From NCBI GenBank assembly GCA_017623355.1, contig JAGAPG010000014.1:6272-70271 (forward strand): a DNA stretch of 64,000 nucleotides, written 5' to 3'. The position numbers and the translations under genes were made by a program. The notes beneath the pieces were generated by a model. The model made no database searches. It was not told the origin of the DNA and worked only from the letters and a program-made list of their open reading frames with translations. This document shows positions 9,532 to 19,245 of this stretch, in pieces. Origin of the DNA: Clostridia bacterium. Its GTDB lineage: Bacteria > Bacillota > Clostridia > Oscillospirales > CAG-272. Positions within the stretch are counted from its first letter, which is position 1, and the number at the start of each line of letters is the position of its first letter.

Positions 9532-10737
9532 TTACATTTCTTCAAAAACAAGTTTCCCGTTTTCTAATGCGGTTGCAGCCTTGAAGGTCATAGTTCCGGC
9601 GTAACCGCTTATTACCTTAAAGCCTGTAAATACAAGTCTATCGCCCCATTTCGCGCATTTTGGTACTCCCGCGCAAGGAATGAGTGAATCATCTATTGAT
9701 TCAAAATTATCAAACGGCTCACTTGACACAAGATATCTTGCCCTTCCGCGAAGGCTGAAAACAAGATAATATTTTCCGTTATACTCAAAATAATCAGGAC
9801 ATTCAGGCTGGTCTGAATTCGGTGCAACATAAATAGGCGTATTGCACTCATCCCACTTTTCCATATCTACGGATATATAATGAGCAAGACAACCTTTATT
9901 TTCTTTAAGCAGGCTTGTTGTCAAAAACATATGAAAGAGTCCGTCAGCGCCACGTATCACCTTAGGATCTCTGGCGCTAGCTGCGTGATATTTATCAGAA
10001 ATGACAAAACCAAATTTTTCATCCTTTTCAAAATGATATCCATCATCGGATATGCTTCTGCTAATAAGCGCAGGCATACCTCTTGCACGTCTTATCGTGT
10101 AATATAAATATTCCTTGCCATTATTTGATATCCAAGAGCCTGTACATATTGATCCCTCGCTCTTATCTGTTATCGGAACCGCCATAGGATGAATATACCA
10201 AGTTTTAAAATTCTTAGTTGATATATGCTCCCATTGATGAGCACCCATTCCCCATTTACTCCTGTGATGATGTCTATCCTTAAGATATAAAATGTGATAT
10301 TCGTCACCTCTTCTGTAAGGCATACAATCGCCAACGAATACTCCATTTCCCGGACACCACCCCTCCGCATTTTCAAAGCTCGATATAACGCTTGGGCTAA
10401 CCAAATCTTCCTTAAAACACTCTGTAACCCGTAAACTCGCATCAGCAATAAATTCGTCTTCTACACTAAATAATATGCCTCCCGCAGGCCATTCCTCGTC
10501 CTTTATTTCTCCGTTTACATATAACTCTATTCTGTGATCAAGTAATATAGCCTCTACAACATCCCCTTCTTTGATCTCACTGCTTAAATCGAGGGGGCGT
10601 CTATCATAATCGTACTGTACAGATATAGTTAAAATATCGTCGAATGCCTGTATTTCAAGTGTTTTTCTTCCTTGCTTATGCGAAACAGCATAAAAAGGAA
10701 GCTTTTTTAATTCAAACGCGATTTTAATGCCTTTCAT
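9532..10737 (-). CDS. GH32-like (clan GH-J beta-propeller) glycoside hydrolase with extra N-terminal domain
   Basis: RDP motif (SARDPKVIR) and EC motif (QPECPDYFEYNGKYYLVFS). VGDCMPY is the candidate nucleophile segment. The ATG overlaps the upstream stop (ATGA), and AGGAGAA lies 8 nt upstream. Confidence 0.65.
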   Translation of the reverse strand: MKGIKIAFELKKLPFYAVSHKQGRKTLEIQAFDDILTISVQYDYDRRPLDLSSEIKEGDVVEAILLDHRIELYVNGEIKDEEWPAGGILFSVEDEFIADASLRVTECFKEDLVSPSVISSFENAEGWCPGNGVFVGDCMPYRRGDEYHILYLKDRHHHRSKWGMGAHQWEHISTKNFKTWYIHPMAVPITDKSEGSICTGSWISNNGKEYLYYTIRRARGMPALISRSISDDGYHFEKDEKFGFVISDKYHAASARDPKVIRGADGLFHMFLTTSLLKENKGCLAHYISVDMEKWDECNTPIYVAPNSDQPECPDYFEYNGKYYLVFSLRGRARYLVSSEPFDNFESIDDSLIPCAGVPKCAKWGDRLVFTGFKVISGYAGTMTFKAATALENGKLVFEEM

Positions 10738-12470
10738 TGCAAAAATTCTCCTGTATAATTTATATAATCAAAAAATCCGTTATTATATTTTATTTTTTTG
10801 GTTACAAAGGCAGAGAAAAGAGCAGCCCCCATTGCCGCTTCTTCTTTAACAGTGTTAAAGGAAACAGGCGCACTAAAGCATTCCGACATCAGCATTTTCA
10901 AAACATCATTTTTTTCTATCGCGCCGCCCGAAGCCACTATGTGTATTCTTTTTTCGGGAAATGTTTCGTATAACTCATATAACTCATTGCATATTCCTTT
11001 AAGCACTCCAATCAACAAGGCAGATGGCGTGAAGTTTTGTCTATCAATCATTTTAATAGAGCCTCTGCAATTAGGATCACTTCTTTTTCCGCAAAAGAAA
11101 GCATCAACGCAAAGTCCTGCTTCTTTGCTCTCATATGCTTCCTTTGCAAGCTTATTTAACACCTTATATTGCGAAGTCTCCTGCATTCCGGCACTTACAG
11201 TGTAGCTTCTAAAAAACGCTTCTAGCATTGAATATGCAAATCCGCCGCAAAGCGCCGAGCCACAGATAAGATATTTGCCTTCAATTAATGGCCGTAGCTC
11301 TATATCTCCATTTAATTCAATATAATCACTCGCGACCGATATTTGTGATCCAGTTCCAACATTTATAAGCATACTTTGCGCATTTTCACGAATAGATCCC
11401 AAAAAGCTGGCTTGATTATCTCCAATTGCTACGGAAACGGGTATTCCTTTACATTTTCCTATAATAATGCTATCTGCGGTTACCAAAGGCAAAAATCCCT
11501 CGTCAATTCCGAGAAGTAATAGCCTGTCTATCATAAAGCCACCTTTTTTAATATCAAAAAGCCCAAAGCTTGATGCTATCGATGTATGAGTTAGAGCTTT
11601 TTTGATCCCACATATTTTCATACTGAAAAAATCCATTATACTGCAAAAACTCACAGCCTCGCTCGGCACTTCTCCATTTAGCATATTGTAATAATGCGTT
11701 GCTATACCGTAGCCTGTTGAAATATTTTCTTTAGTTATTTCTAAGATCATTTGGCAAACGCTTTTTCCAACATCAAGAATTTTATCCGCGCGTTTATCCT
11801 GCCAATTTATAAGATTGGAAACCGCATTACCGCCAGCATCTGTATAAACTATACCGTGCATCTGTCCGGATATACCAATGCTGACTATTCCTTGGTATGA
11901 GCCAAGAATATGATAAAGAAGCTTTTCCGACTTTTCCATAATCACAGAAACACTTTGTTCGGAACGAAAATCGGAATAAACATAAGAATTATGAGGAACA
12001 GAAAAAGCTTCAAGCTGTTCCTTATTATCAATATCGTATACAACCGCGCTAACAGTTGTCGTGCCGATATCTATTCCTACGGAAAGCGCTCCATGAGATT
12101 TAATTTTTACTTTTTCGTTCTCGGTAAAATGCTTTGTGTTTTCTAAGTTTTTCAGAGATGTCATATTCGAGATACTTTCACAAACGCGATACTTTTCCGA
12201 ATTTTTTCCGCTTTCCTTTAATATTTCGGACTTGCGCTTATCTATAAGCTCATCTATGCTCATAACGCCGAATAAATATAGCTTTATATCGGAAAGCGAA
12301 ATGCCAACACTTCTAAAAAGCTTTATATTTTTTAATTTTTCAACATCTTCTTTAGAGAAATTACGGTAACCGTTTACGTCTCTCGATATACGAATAAGTC
12401 CTTTGCTCTCGTATAAGCGAATAGCTTTTTGAGTAAGACCCGTTATTCTTTCAACATCATTTATCTTCAT
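10734..12470 (-). CDS. MerR-family HTH domain fused to FGGY-family carbohydrate kinase domain
   Basis: N-terminal MerR HTH: MKINDVERITGLTQKAIRLYESKGLI...GYRNF. From about aa 126, FGGY motifs appear: GIDIGTTTVSAVVYD, GQMHGIVYTD, INWQDKR, and C-terminal ASGGAIEKNDVL...EEAAMGAALFSA. Confidence 0.8.
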   Translation of the reverse strand: MKINDVERITGLTQKAIRLYESKGLIRISRDVNGYRNFSKEDVEKLKNIKLFRSVGISLSDIKLYLFGVMSIDELIDKRKSEILKESGKNSEKYRVCESISNMTSLKNLENTKHFTENEKVKIKSHGALSVGIDIGTTTVSAVVYDIDNKEQLEAFSVPHNSYVYSDFRSEQSVSVIMEKSEKLLYHILGSYQGIVSIGISGQMHGIVYTDAGGNAVSNLINWQDKRADKILDVGKSVCQMILEITKENISTGYGIATHYYNMLNGEVPSEAVSFCSIMDFFSMKICGIKKALTHTSIASSFGLFDIKKGGFMIDRLLLLGIDEGFLPLVTADSIIIGKCKGIPVSVAIGDNQASFLGSIRENAQSMLINVGTGSQISVASDYIELNGDIELRPLIEGKYLICGSALCGGFAYSMLEAFFRSYTVSAGMQETSQYKVLNKLAKEAYESKEAGLCVDAFFCGKRSDPNCRGSIKMIDRQNFTPSALLIGVLKGICNELYELYETFPEKRIHIVASGGAIEKNDVLKMLMSECFSAPVSFNTVKEEAAMGAALFSAFVTKKIKYNNGFFDYINYTGEFLQ

Positions 12471-12490
12471 AGCACCACCTCCATATAAAT

Positions 12491-12521
12491 ATTATAAACT
12501 ATACCCTTGGGTCAATGTCAA
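12491..12521 (-). promoter_or_regulatory. promoter with 19-bp -35/-10 spacer (MerR-type architecture) upstream of the MerR-kinase fusion
   Basis: Minus strand reads TTGACA, ttgacccaagggtatagtt (19 nt), TATAAT. A short dyad ACCC-AA-GGGT sits inside the spacer. Confidence 0.5.
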
Positions 12522-12597
12522 GAGTTTTTCATATCAAGAGTTAAATAAAGAAAAGCCATATAGATTTTGTTCTATACGGCTAAAAATTTATTCATTC

Positions 12598-12789
12598 TTA
12601 AATTGTCAATACTTTTTTTAAATTTTTAATATTGTCCTCTCTTAATATCCTATTTAATTTATCGTATGTATATTTTATTTTTATTTTTCCGTTTTCGTGG
12701 ATCGCGGTAATATTGCCCAATCCATCATATTTATAATTATAGCATATTCTCACACCGTTATCAAGTCTTGCCAAGAGCTTTTTATCCAT
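12598..12789 (-). pseudogene. orphan YD/RHS-repeat fragment (63 codons)
   Basis: Two YD-repeat units are present (YKYDGLGNITAI, YTYDKLNRILRED). There is no Shine-Dalgarno site, and there is no adjoining RHS core or toxin sequence. Confidence 0.45.
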
Positions 12790-12848
12790 TCTAATTTATC
12801 TTGATTTTTTTATCAATAAATGTTACAATAAAGCAAAGGAGTGATACA

Positions 12849-13571
12849 ATGGATATTGCTATTATAAGTGGCGCCTCGGGCGGAATAGGCAAGGAATTTG
12901 CCTTGTTGCTCGATTCGGAGATGCTTGATGAAATATGGCTGATATGCGGCAAAAAAAGCCCCGATTTCAACTTGAAAGTCAGGACCCGTGTTTTTAATTT
13001 TGATTTAACACAAACTTCTTCATTTAATGAAATAAAAAAAGAATTTTCAAATGACATAACAATTAAATATCTTATCTGCTCTGCAGGTGTCGGATACAAC
13101 GGAGATTTTGTAAATATTTCCGAGGAAAATATATCTAAAATGATCTCCTTAAACTGTGATGCTCTCGCCATTCTAACGAAAATATGTATTCCTTATATGA
13201 AACCCGGAAGCAAAATTATCGAAATCGCATCAGGCGCAGGCTTTCTTCCTCAGCCAAGCTTTGCAACATATGCCGCCACAAAGGCTTTTGTTATAAGCCT
13301 TTCGAAAGCTTTAAACAGCGAGCTTAAGCATTTAGGAATTTCCGTCACTGCCGTTTGTCCCGGTCCTGTTGATACGTGTTTTTTCTCGTCTCTTGACGGT
13401 GTTAAGGAATATAAGAAAAAGTATTTAATCTCTCCAAAAAGAGTAGCTTACTTAGGTCTTAAGGCTTCTAAAAAAGGAAAACGCATATGCTCTACTTCTT
13501 TTTCCATAAAAATGGTGCACTTAGCAGCTAAAATATTGCCGACATCCTTAATTTTTAAATTTTATAAATAA
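12849..13571 (+). CDS. SDR-family oxidoreductase
   Basis: ISGASGGIGKEF (TGxxxGxG-type motif), a CSAGVG stretch, and YAATKAF (YxxxK). Start moved to MDIAII, which has AAAGGAG upstream. Confidence 0.88.
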   Translation: MDIAIISGASGGIGKEFALLLDSEMLDEIWLICGKKSPDFNLKVRTRVFNFDLTQTSSFNEIKKEFSNDITIKYLICSAGVGYNGDFVNISEENISKMISLNCDALAILTKICIPYMKPGSKIIEIASGAGFLPQPSFATYAATKAFVISLSKALNSELKHLGISVTAVCPGPVDTCFFSSLDGVKEYKKKYLISPKRVAYLGLKASKKGKRICSTSFSIKMVHLAAKILPTSLIFKFYK

Positions 13572-13595
13572 AACGAGGCAGAAGCCTCGTTTTTC
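13571..13595. terminator. bidirectional terminator
   Basis: Stem acgaggc/gcctcgt with loop agaa, flanked by A/T runs. It lies between convergent genes. Confidence 0.7.
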
Positions 13596-14025
13596 ATAAA
13601 TACGTTCTTAAATCTTGAGTCAGTGTTTCCTCAACACTTATAAGTCTTTGTGCTATACTTTTGGCTCTTTGGTCTGCCTTCGGATATCTGTTTAAATATT
13701 TACTCAACGATTTAACGCCCATATTACAACCGTCTGTCATTACATCTGCAATAGTGTTATCTGTTCTGTCAACAAGCATTTTCCCGCTTGTTTTCATACT
13801 TGACATAGCTCTTGCAACGGGATGAGGATCTTTAGTCGATGCTTTATATTTAAGCAATAATCTATGCGTTTCATCACCGAGTGTTGCATGCTCGTCCTTG
13901 CAAGCATTCAAACTTTTCTTTAAATTTCTGTCACTTACATATGGAAGCACTTTATCTATTGAGTTTACTCCCATTTTTATTCCGGAATTACATTCCTTTA
14001 ATAAATTCACTGTATCATTTTGCAT
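13594..14025 (-). CDS. hypothetical helical protein
   Basis: 143 codons starting at MQNDTVNLL, with AGAGGTGA upstream. No family was recognised with confidence. Confidence 0.55.
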   Translation of the reverse strand: MQNDTVNLLKECNSGIKMGVNSIDKVLPYVSDRNLKKSLNACKDEHATLGDETHRLLLKYKASTKDPHPVARAMSSMKTSGKMLVDRTDNTIADVMTDGCNMGVKSLSKYLNRYPKADQRAKSIAQRLISVEETLTQDLRTYL

Positions 14026-14073
14026 ATTATCACCTCTTGATCCTATTATTTTCATTATCGTAAAATAATATGC

Positions 14074-14106
14074 AAAAAACCGCCGAAAAATCGGCGGTTT
14101 TTTATT
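14074..14106 (-). terminator. rho-independent terminator after the fucI operon
   Basis: Stem accgccga/tcggcggt with loop aaaa, flanked by T/A runs. Confidence 0.75.
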
Positions 14107-15024
14107 TTAATACAATGTTTTTGCGTATACACCGTTTTCGTGAAGCTTTTTAAATTCTTCCTTAACGCTGTATTTATCCTCTCCGTATGTAACTCCAAAC
14201 CATTTATCGTTGGTTTCAAGAACCTTAACAGATGCTCTTCCCTTTTTAAGAAGATCTCCTATTACAGATGGAAGTAAATATTCACCCTTCAAGGTGTTGA
14301 GGTTTGGATCTTTAAGGAATTCAATAAAACCCCCTTCCAAAACGTCAATAAAGCTTGCGCTAAGCCCCCACATATTCATAGAAACGTATGTATTGGGATC
14401 AATTTCCTTAATACTTCCGTCATCTTGCTGAACGCCCGCACCCTTAGCGGTTTTTACAATATTACTGGTTTCAACGATATCGGAAAGATAGTTATTGTCA
14501 TCAACCTGACAAACTCCGCGAGTTACTCCACCGTTATCGCTAAGTGTATTTTTAGCAATAAATCCAGCCATACAGAAATTAAATTCTTTATCGTTTTTCT
14601 GCTCGTTCACAAGAAAATCATGAACCTTCTTGTAACCTTCTTTTCCGTAATAATCGTCAGCATTGATAACCATAAAGGGCTCATTTACAATACCCTTACA
14701 AGCGAGTATTGCTTGACCTGTTCCCCAAGGCTTTTTTCTTTCTGCCGGATTTGTAAATCCCGCAGGAAGATCTTCGATATTCTGATATGCGTATGCGACC
14801 TCGCATATGTCAGATATCTTATTTCCAACTACTTCTTTAAAATAATCTTCCATTTCTTTTCTTATAATAAATACGACCTTATTAAAGCCTGCTTCGAGCG
14901 CATCATGAATGGAATATTCCATAATAACCTCACCGTTAGGTCCTAAGGGCTCAAGCTGTTTAATTCCTCCACCAAAACGCGATCCTATACCTGCCGCCAT
15001 TATTACGAGTGATGTCTTGTTCAT
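14107..15024 (-). CDS. sugar-phosphate nucleotidyltransferase (NTP_transferase fold)
   Basis: The N-terminus LVIMAAGIGSRFGGGIKQLEP is a nucleotidyltransferase signature. AGGAG SD. Confidence 0.75.
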   Translation of the reverse strand: MNKTSLVIMAAGIGSRFGGGIKQLEPLGPNGEVIMEYSIHDALEAGFNKVVFIIRKEMEDYFKEVVGNKISDICEVAYAYQNIEDLPAGFTNPAERKKPWGTGQAILACKGIVNEPFMVINADDYYGKEGYKKVHDFLVNEQKNDKEFNFCMAGFIAKNTLSDNGGVTRGVCQVDDNNYLSDIVETSNIVKTAKGAGVQQDDGSIKEIDPNTYVSMNMWGLSASFIDVLEGGFIEFLKDPNLNTLKGEYLLPSVIGDLLKKGRASVKVLETNDKWFGVTYGEDKYSVKEEFKKLHENGVYAKTLY

Positions 15025-15051
15025 ATAAATGTTTCTCCTAACTTATAATGC

Positions 15052-16845
15052 TTATTTGTACATAGGTCCATATGCTGCACAAGCACGGTAATCCTGTCCC
15101 TCTTTATCCATACCAAATGCATTCCATGCAGCAGGACGGAAAATCTTATCTTCGGGTACGTTGTGCATACATACGGGAATTCTCAAAATAGAACAGAGTG
15201 TTATAAGATCCGCACCGATATGTCCATAGCTTATAGCACCGTGATTGGCGCCCCAATTGTTCATTACATCGTAAGCTGTTTTAAATGCACCTTCACCTGT
15301 TGTGCGAGGAGCAAACCATGTACAAGGCCATGTATAGTCTGTTCTCTTCCAAAGCTTATCGGAAACATCCTCTGGAAGTCCAACAGTCCAGCCTTCTGCA
15401 ATTTGAAGAACAGGTCCAAGACCCTTTACAAGATTCAAACGAATCATTGTTGCGGGCATTTGATCCTTAGTTTCGAATCTTGAAGAATATCCACCGCCAC
15501 GGAAATAACCGAGATCGGCATAGTTCCAAGTAGTATTTTTCATAATATTATCTTGATCTTCAGCAGTTACATTGTACCATTCCTTCATAACCGCATTACC
15601 ATTTTCGTCTTTAGCTGCACCGTTTGCATCAAGACAACAAGCACCGGAATTTATAAGATGGATAAATCCGTTAGATTCCTTTGCAACACCTTCCACATCG
15701 TAACCTGTAGCGCTCTTAACAGCTTCGGGACTCCAATATGTTCTTACATCAGCAAACATTTGAGGTCTGTTTGTAAGAAGCTTCATAAATAACATACCAA
15801 GACCGTTTAAAACATCGTTTTCCGTTGCCAAAACGTATGGCTCTCTTGCTCCATTCCAGTCAAAGGAGGAGTTGAGCAACGCCTCAGGAAAATCACAGTT
15901 AGGATAGAAGTCTGTCCATTGTCTTTGTCCTTGGAAGCCTGCAGCTATTGCATTATGTCCAACCTTTTCTTCCTCGCAGCCTTCAGGAAGATTGCTGTTT
16001 CCGTTCATAAGATCCTTGATGATACACATCATCTTTACAACGAATTCCCAATCGGAATCCTTTGCTTCTCTTGATTTTTGAAGTTCCTCGGGATTCTTGT
16101 CAAAGCCCTCAATACATTTAGCCTTAGTCCAAGCAAGAGCCTTTTCGTATTCTGCCTTATCGTAAATACCTTCTGTCATTCGTCTGATGATTTCTACCTC
16201 GTCAACAGACTCAACTCTCATGCCAAGATATTCCTCTATAAATGCAGGATCAATTATAGAACCGCCAATACCCATACAAATAGAGCCTATCTGCAAGTAT
16301 GATTTACCTCTCATTGAAGCTGCGGCAACTGCTGCACGTCCAAATCTTAAAAGCTTTTCTTTAACATCATCCGGAATAGATGTATCATCAGCCTCTTGAA
16401 CATCGTGTCCGTAAATACCGAATGCAGGAAGTCCCTTTTGTGCATGTGTGGCAAGAACAGATGCAAGATATACAGCTCCAGGTCTTTCCGTTCCGTTAAA
16501 TCCCCAAACGCCCTTAATCGTCATAGGATCCATATCCATAGTTTCTGCGCCATAGCACCAGCAAGGAGTTACCGTAAGAGTGATATCAACGCCTTCTTTT
16601 TTAAATTTCGCAGCACAAGCGGCAGCCTCCGCTACTCTACCGATAGTTGTATCGGCAATAACTACCTTTACAGGCTCGCCATTTGAATATTTTAGATTTT
16701 CCTCAAACAATTTTGCGGCACTTTTAGCCATATTCATAGTTTGAACCTCAAGAGATTCTCTAACCTTAAGAACCCCTCGTCTGCCGTCAATAGTAGGTCT
16801 TATACCTATTACGGGATAATCGCCTATAATTCTTTTTTCTGCCAT
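15052..16845 (-). CDS. fucI: L-fucose isomerase
   Basis: [59 protein letters not shown] and [10 protein letters not shown] are collinear with FucI as I recall it. Start moved to MAEKR. Confidence 0.92.
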   Translation of the reverse strand: MAEKRIIGDYPVIGIRPTIDGRRGVLKVRESLEVQTMNMAKSAAKLFEENLKYSNGEPVKVVIADTTIGRVAEAAACAAKFKKEGVDITLTVTPCWCYGAETMDMDPMTIKGVWGFNGTERPGAVYLASVLATHAQKGLPAFGIYGHDVQEADDTSIPDDVKEKLLRFGRAAVAAASMRGKSYLQIGSICMGIGGSIIDPAFIEEYLGMRVESVDEVEIIRRMTEGIYDKAEYEKALAWTKAKCIEGFDKNPEELQKSREAKDSDWEFVVKMMCIIKDLMNGNSNLPEGCEEEKVGHNAIAAGFQGQRQWTDFYPNCDFPEALLNSSFDWNGAREPYVLATENDVLNGLGMLFMKLLTNRPQMFADVRTYWSPEAVKSATGYDVEGVAKESNGFIHLINSGACCLDANGAAKDENGNAVMKEWYNVTAEDQDNIMKNTTWNYADLGYFRGGGYSSRFETKDQMPATMIRLNLVKGLGPVLQIAEGWTVGLPEDVSDKLWKRTDYTWPCTWFAPRTTGEGAFKTAYDVMNNWGANHGAISYGHIGADLITLCSILRIPVCMHNVPEDKIFRPAAWNAFGMDKEGQDYRACAAYGPMYK

Positions 16846-16870
16846 AAATTTACCCTCTTCTTTGTATATT

Positions 16871-17608
16871 TTAGTTTTTTTCAAAAAATTCAATTACATC
16901 TATAAAGCTACTTGGTCCGTGTGGATGATGCCCTATGCCTTTTTTTACCTCAACGACTAAAGGCACATTGGCTTTTTTATAGGCCTTTTCAAGGACTATT
17001 CCATTTTCGTCATACGGAACACAAAGATCGCTATCTCCGTATACCATATATACAGGCTTATTGTTTTTTATAAGTATATCAACCTTATCCATCGGATGCT
17101 CTCTATATGTAAGAAGATCTTTTTTTGTTAAACCGTATGCCCTTTCAAATTCATCCCACATTCCGTCAGTTACCTCGGGGGCGTTACTAAACTTTGCAGG
17201 ACAGCTTAAAAAATTCATAACAGGAGCATCAAGATACAATCCTTTTACGACATCCGGATATTTAGCGCAAAGCTTTACTGATATAAGTCCTCCGCAGCTC
17301 ATACCGATAGTTACAACTTTAGGCTCAAGATCAAGCTCTTGACTTACAAACTTTATAAATTCGTATTGATCATCGAGCTCACTGTCCGTGCCCCAACGGT
17401 TCCTGTTCTCCAAAAATAAAAGTGTATATCCGTGTTTTACGAATTCCATTTGAAGCTCAGGAAAAGCTCCAAAATATTCTGTTTTTAAAATTGCCTTACC
17501 GTTTTTATTATTATCGTTTGGTAAAATAACTATTGCTTTTTTGCCCTTAAACTCAAATTCGATTTGACAGAAGCCGCAATTTTCATATTCATTTATTATT
17601 GAAATCAT
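16871..17608 (-). CDS. alpha/beta hydrolase (esterase-like)
   Basis: GMSCGG nucleophile elbow, and a C-terminal GIGHHPHG containing a candidate catalytic His. It lies 25 nt upstream of fucI. Confidence 0.7.
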   Translation of the reverse strand: MISIINEYENCGFCQIEFEFKGKKAIVILPNDNNKNGKAILKTEYFGAFPELQMEFVKHGYTLLFLENRNRWGTDSELDDQYEFIKFVSQELDLEPKVVTIGMSCGGLISVKLCAKYPDVVKGLYLDAPVMNFLSCPAKFSNAPEVTDGMWDEFERAYGLTKKDLLTYREHPMDKVDILIKNNKPVYMVYGDSDLCVPYDENGIVLEKAYKKANVPLVVEVKKGIGHHPHGPSSFIDVIEFFEKN

Positions 17609-17675
17609 ACAAGCTCCATATTATTAATTTATAATCATACAATTATATTTTACTACTAATATTTATTAAAGTCAA

Positions 17676-17707
17676 GAAAAAAAGCGTGTTTTTAGCACGC
17701 TTTTTTG
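17676..17707 (-). terminator. rho-independent terminator after thiT
   Basis: Stem agcgtg/cacgct, flanked by A7 and T6 runs. Confidence 0.7.
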
Positions 17708-17712
17708 AAATT

Positions 17713-18312
17713 TTAATTATTTTTTGTTAACATCCTCTCTATTTGAGTAGATGAAAGTAAAAATCCCGCTATAAGTATTGTTATAATAAGCTCCGGAAGC
17801 AAATACGAGCCGTTATAAAGAAACGAATACGTAAAAGCTCCCCAAAATCCGTCATCCCATTGTCCCCATATCGTCATTCCGGTAATAAAATGGCATAAAA
17901 ACCGTATAAATATTAAAAGAGAAAAAGTTATAAGAGTTTTTATTAAATTTACTTTTTCTCCTTTTTTTACGTGAACAATGGCCGAAAATCCTAAAGCAGT
18001 AAACGGTACTATATAATCAAAAAGTACACAAACCAAAACAGCGCCAAACGTTACAGTATACACAAACACATTCCCTTCAACAAGAGCTAATATAAGTTGT
18101 ATTATCGAATAAGTAAATGAAGCGCCTATTCCCCATTTATAACCGAATTTTATACCTATAAACAAAATCGGTAGCATGCTTGCCAAGGTTACTGAGCCGC
18201 CCATAGGCATTTTATAAACAGGCAAAAAGCTTAAAATGGTTGCTAACGCTATAAAAATAGCGCTTTGACAAAGAGCTAAAACACTTTGTCTTGAAAAAGT
18301 TTTTGTTTCCAT
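17713..18312 (-). CDS. thiT: ECF-transporter S component for thiamine (ThiT)
   Basis: Six-TM protein (LCQSAIFIALATILSF...MPMGGSVTLASMLPI). It is preceded by a TPP riboswitch. Start moved to METKTF, with GGAGG 8 nt upstream. Confidence 0.8.
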   Translation of the reverse strand: METKTFSRQSVLALCQSAIFIALATILSFLPVYKMPMGGSVTLASMLPILFIGIKFGYKWGIGASFTYSIIQLILALVEGNVFVYTVTFGAVLVCVLFDYIVPFTALGFSAIVHVKKGEKVNLIKTLITFSLLIFIRFLCHFITGMTIWGQWDDGFWGAFTYSFLYNGSYLLPELIITILIAGFLLSSTQIERMLTKNN

Positions 18313-18334
18313 AAAAGAAACCTCCGTTAAATAT

Positions 18335-18468
18335 AAAATTACCGCACAGAAAAATATCCGTGCGGTAAATATATCCAACTTGAATAGTATCTCCCTCCGA
18401 CGGCATTATCCGTATCAGGTTAAAGGGTTTGGATTTCTCCATCTCAGCCTTTCAGCACCCCTGAATAT
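18335..18468 (-). promoter_or_regulatory. TPP (THI-box) riboswitch with terminator-type expression platform
   Basis: Minus strand reads aggggtgctgaaaggCTGAGAtgg...aacCCTTTaACCTGATacGGataATGCCgtcggAGGGAg. This is followed by hairpin accgcac/gtgcggt (18341-18366) and a T-rich tail. Confidence 0.85.
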
Positions 18469-18501
18469 TATTTTGTACAACGAAATTATTATACAACAGC
18501 T

Positions 18502-19140
18502 TTAGCTATTTGTCAATATGTTTTTGCAGTTTTTCTTGGAAGTGTAAATATATAAAGTTCCTTTTTCGACTGATACCGTACTTTTTTTAGATACAAATTC
18601 ATTACTTACGCCTAAAGGTATAGAATTATATAGAGTTGCATTGGAAAGCTCATAATATAAGCCTTTTATATTTACGCCTATGCTCTTTTCGCTCGCGGAA
18701 AATATAGATATTCTTCCATTTGCCGAGCTTGAAAAATCTATTTTTGAACTATTAATAGCAAAAAGAACATTTTCTCCGTCGATATATTCTACCCGTATTC
18801 CCTTTTCTGTATATCCGCGCAAATGTGCAATATTTGCAATCGTATGATCAAGCGCACCGCCAATAGCGCCATAAATAATAATATGCTTGTAACCTTTTTC
18901 TATCGCATATTTTATCGCCGCTTCGCAATCGGTTTCATCCTTAACTGTTGGCAACTTTAATATATTTTCACACAAAACCTCTCCCTTATAAGAGTCGAAA
19001 TCTCCGATAACCACATCGGGCTCTATTTGACACCTTTTTAAATTCAGATATCCTCTGTCTGCACCTATTACAAGATCCTTTTCATCTCTTATAAAATCAA
19101 GCTCCGCATCAAGGGCACATGCTATATAACATATATTCAT
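18502..19140 (-). CDS. thiN: thiamine diphosphokinase
   Basis: VIGADRG...VIGDFDS motif, 212 aa, and a C-terminal thiamine-binding-like beta domain. Confidence 0.85.
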   Translation of the reverse strand: MNICYIACALDAELDFIRDEKDLVIGADRGYLNLKRCQIEPDVVIGDFDSYKGEVLCENILKLPTVKDETDCEAAIKYAIEKGYKHIIIYGAIGGALDHTIANIAHLRGYTEKGIRVEYIDGENVLFAINSSKIDFSSSANGRISIFSASEKSIGVNIKGLYYELSNATLYNSIPLGVSNEFVSKKSTVSVEKGTLYIYTSKKNCKNILTNS

Positions 19141-19216
19141 AAATATTCTTCCTAATATCTAATATAATGTATTATTTTATCACACATTTGCTTTAATGTC
19201 AATTTAATTAACAATA

Positions 19217-19245
19217 TTGAAATAGCAAAAAAATAATGCTAAAAT
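19217..19245 (+). promoter_or_regulatory. candidate sigma-A promoter upstream of the sigma-fusion gene
   Basis: TTGAAA, a 17-nt spacer, then TGcTAAAAT (extended -10). Confidence 0.4.

Noticed and set aside
18212-18442. 76-aa ORF on the minus strand upstream of, and overlapping, thiT.
   Set aside because: It covers the TPP riboswitch and its terminator hairpin, and there is no SD. The real thiT start is the ATG at 18312.
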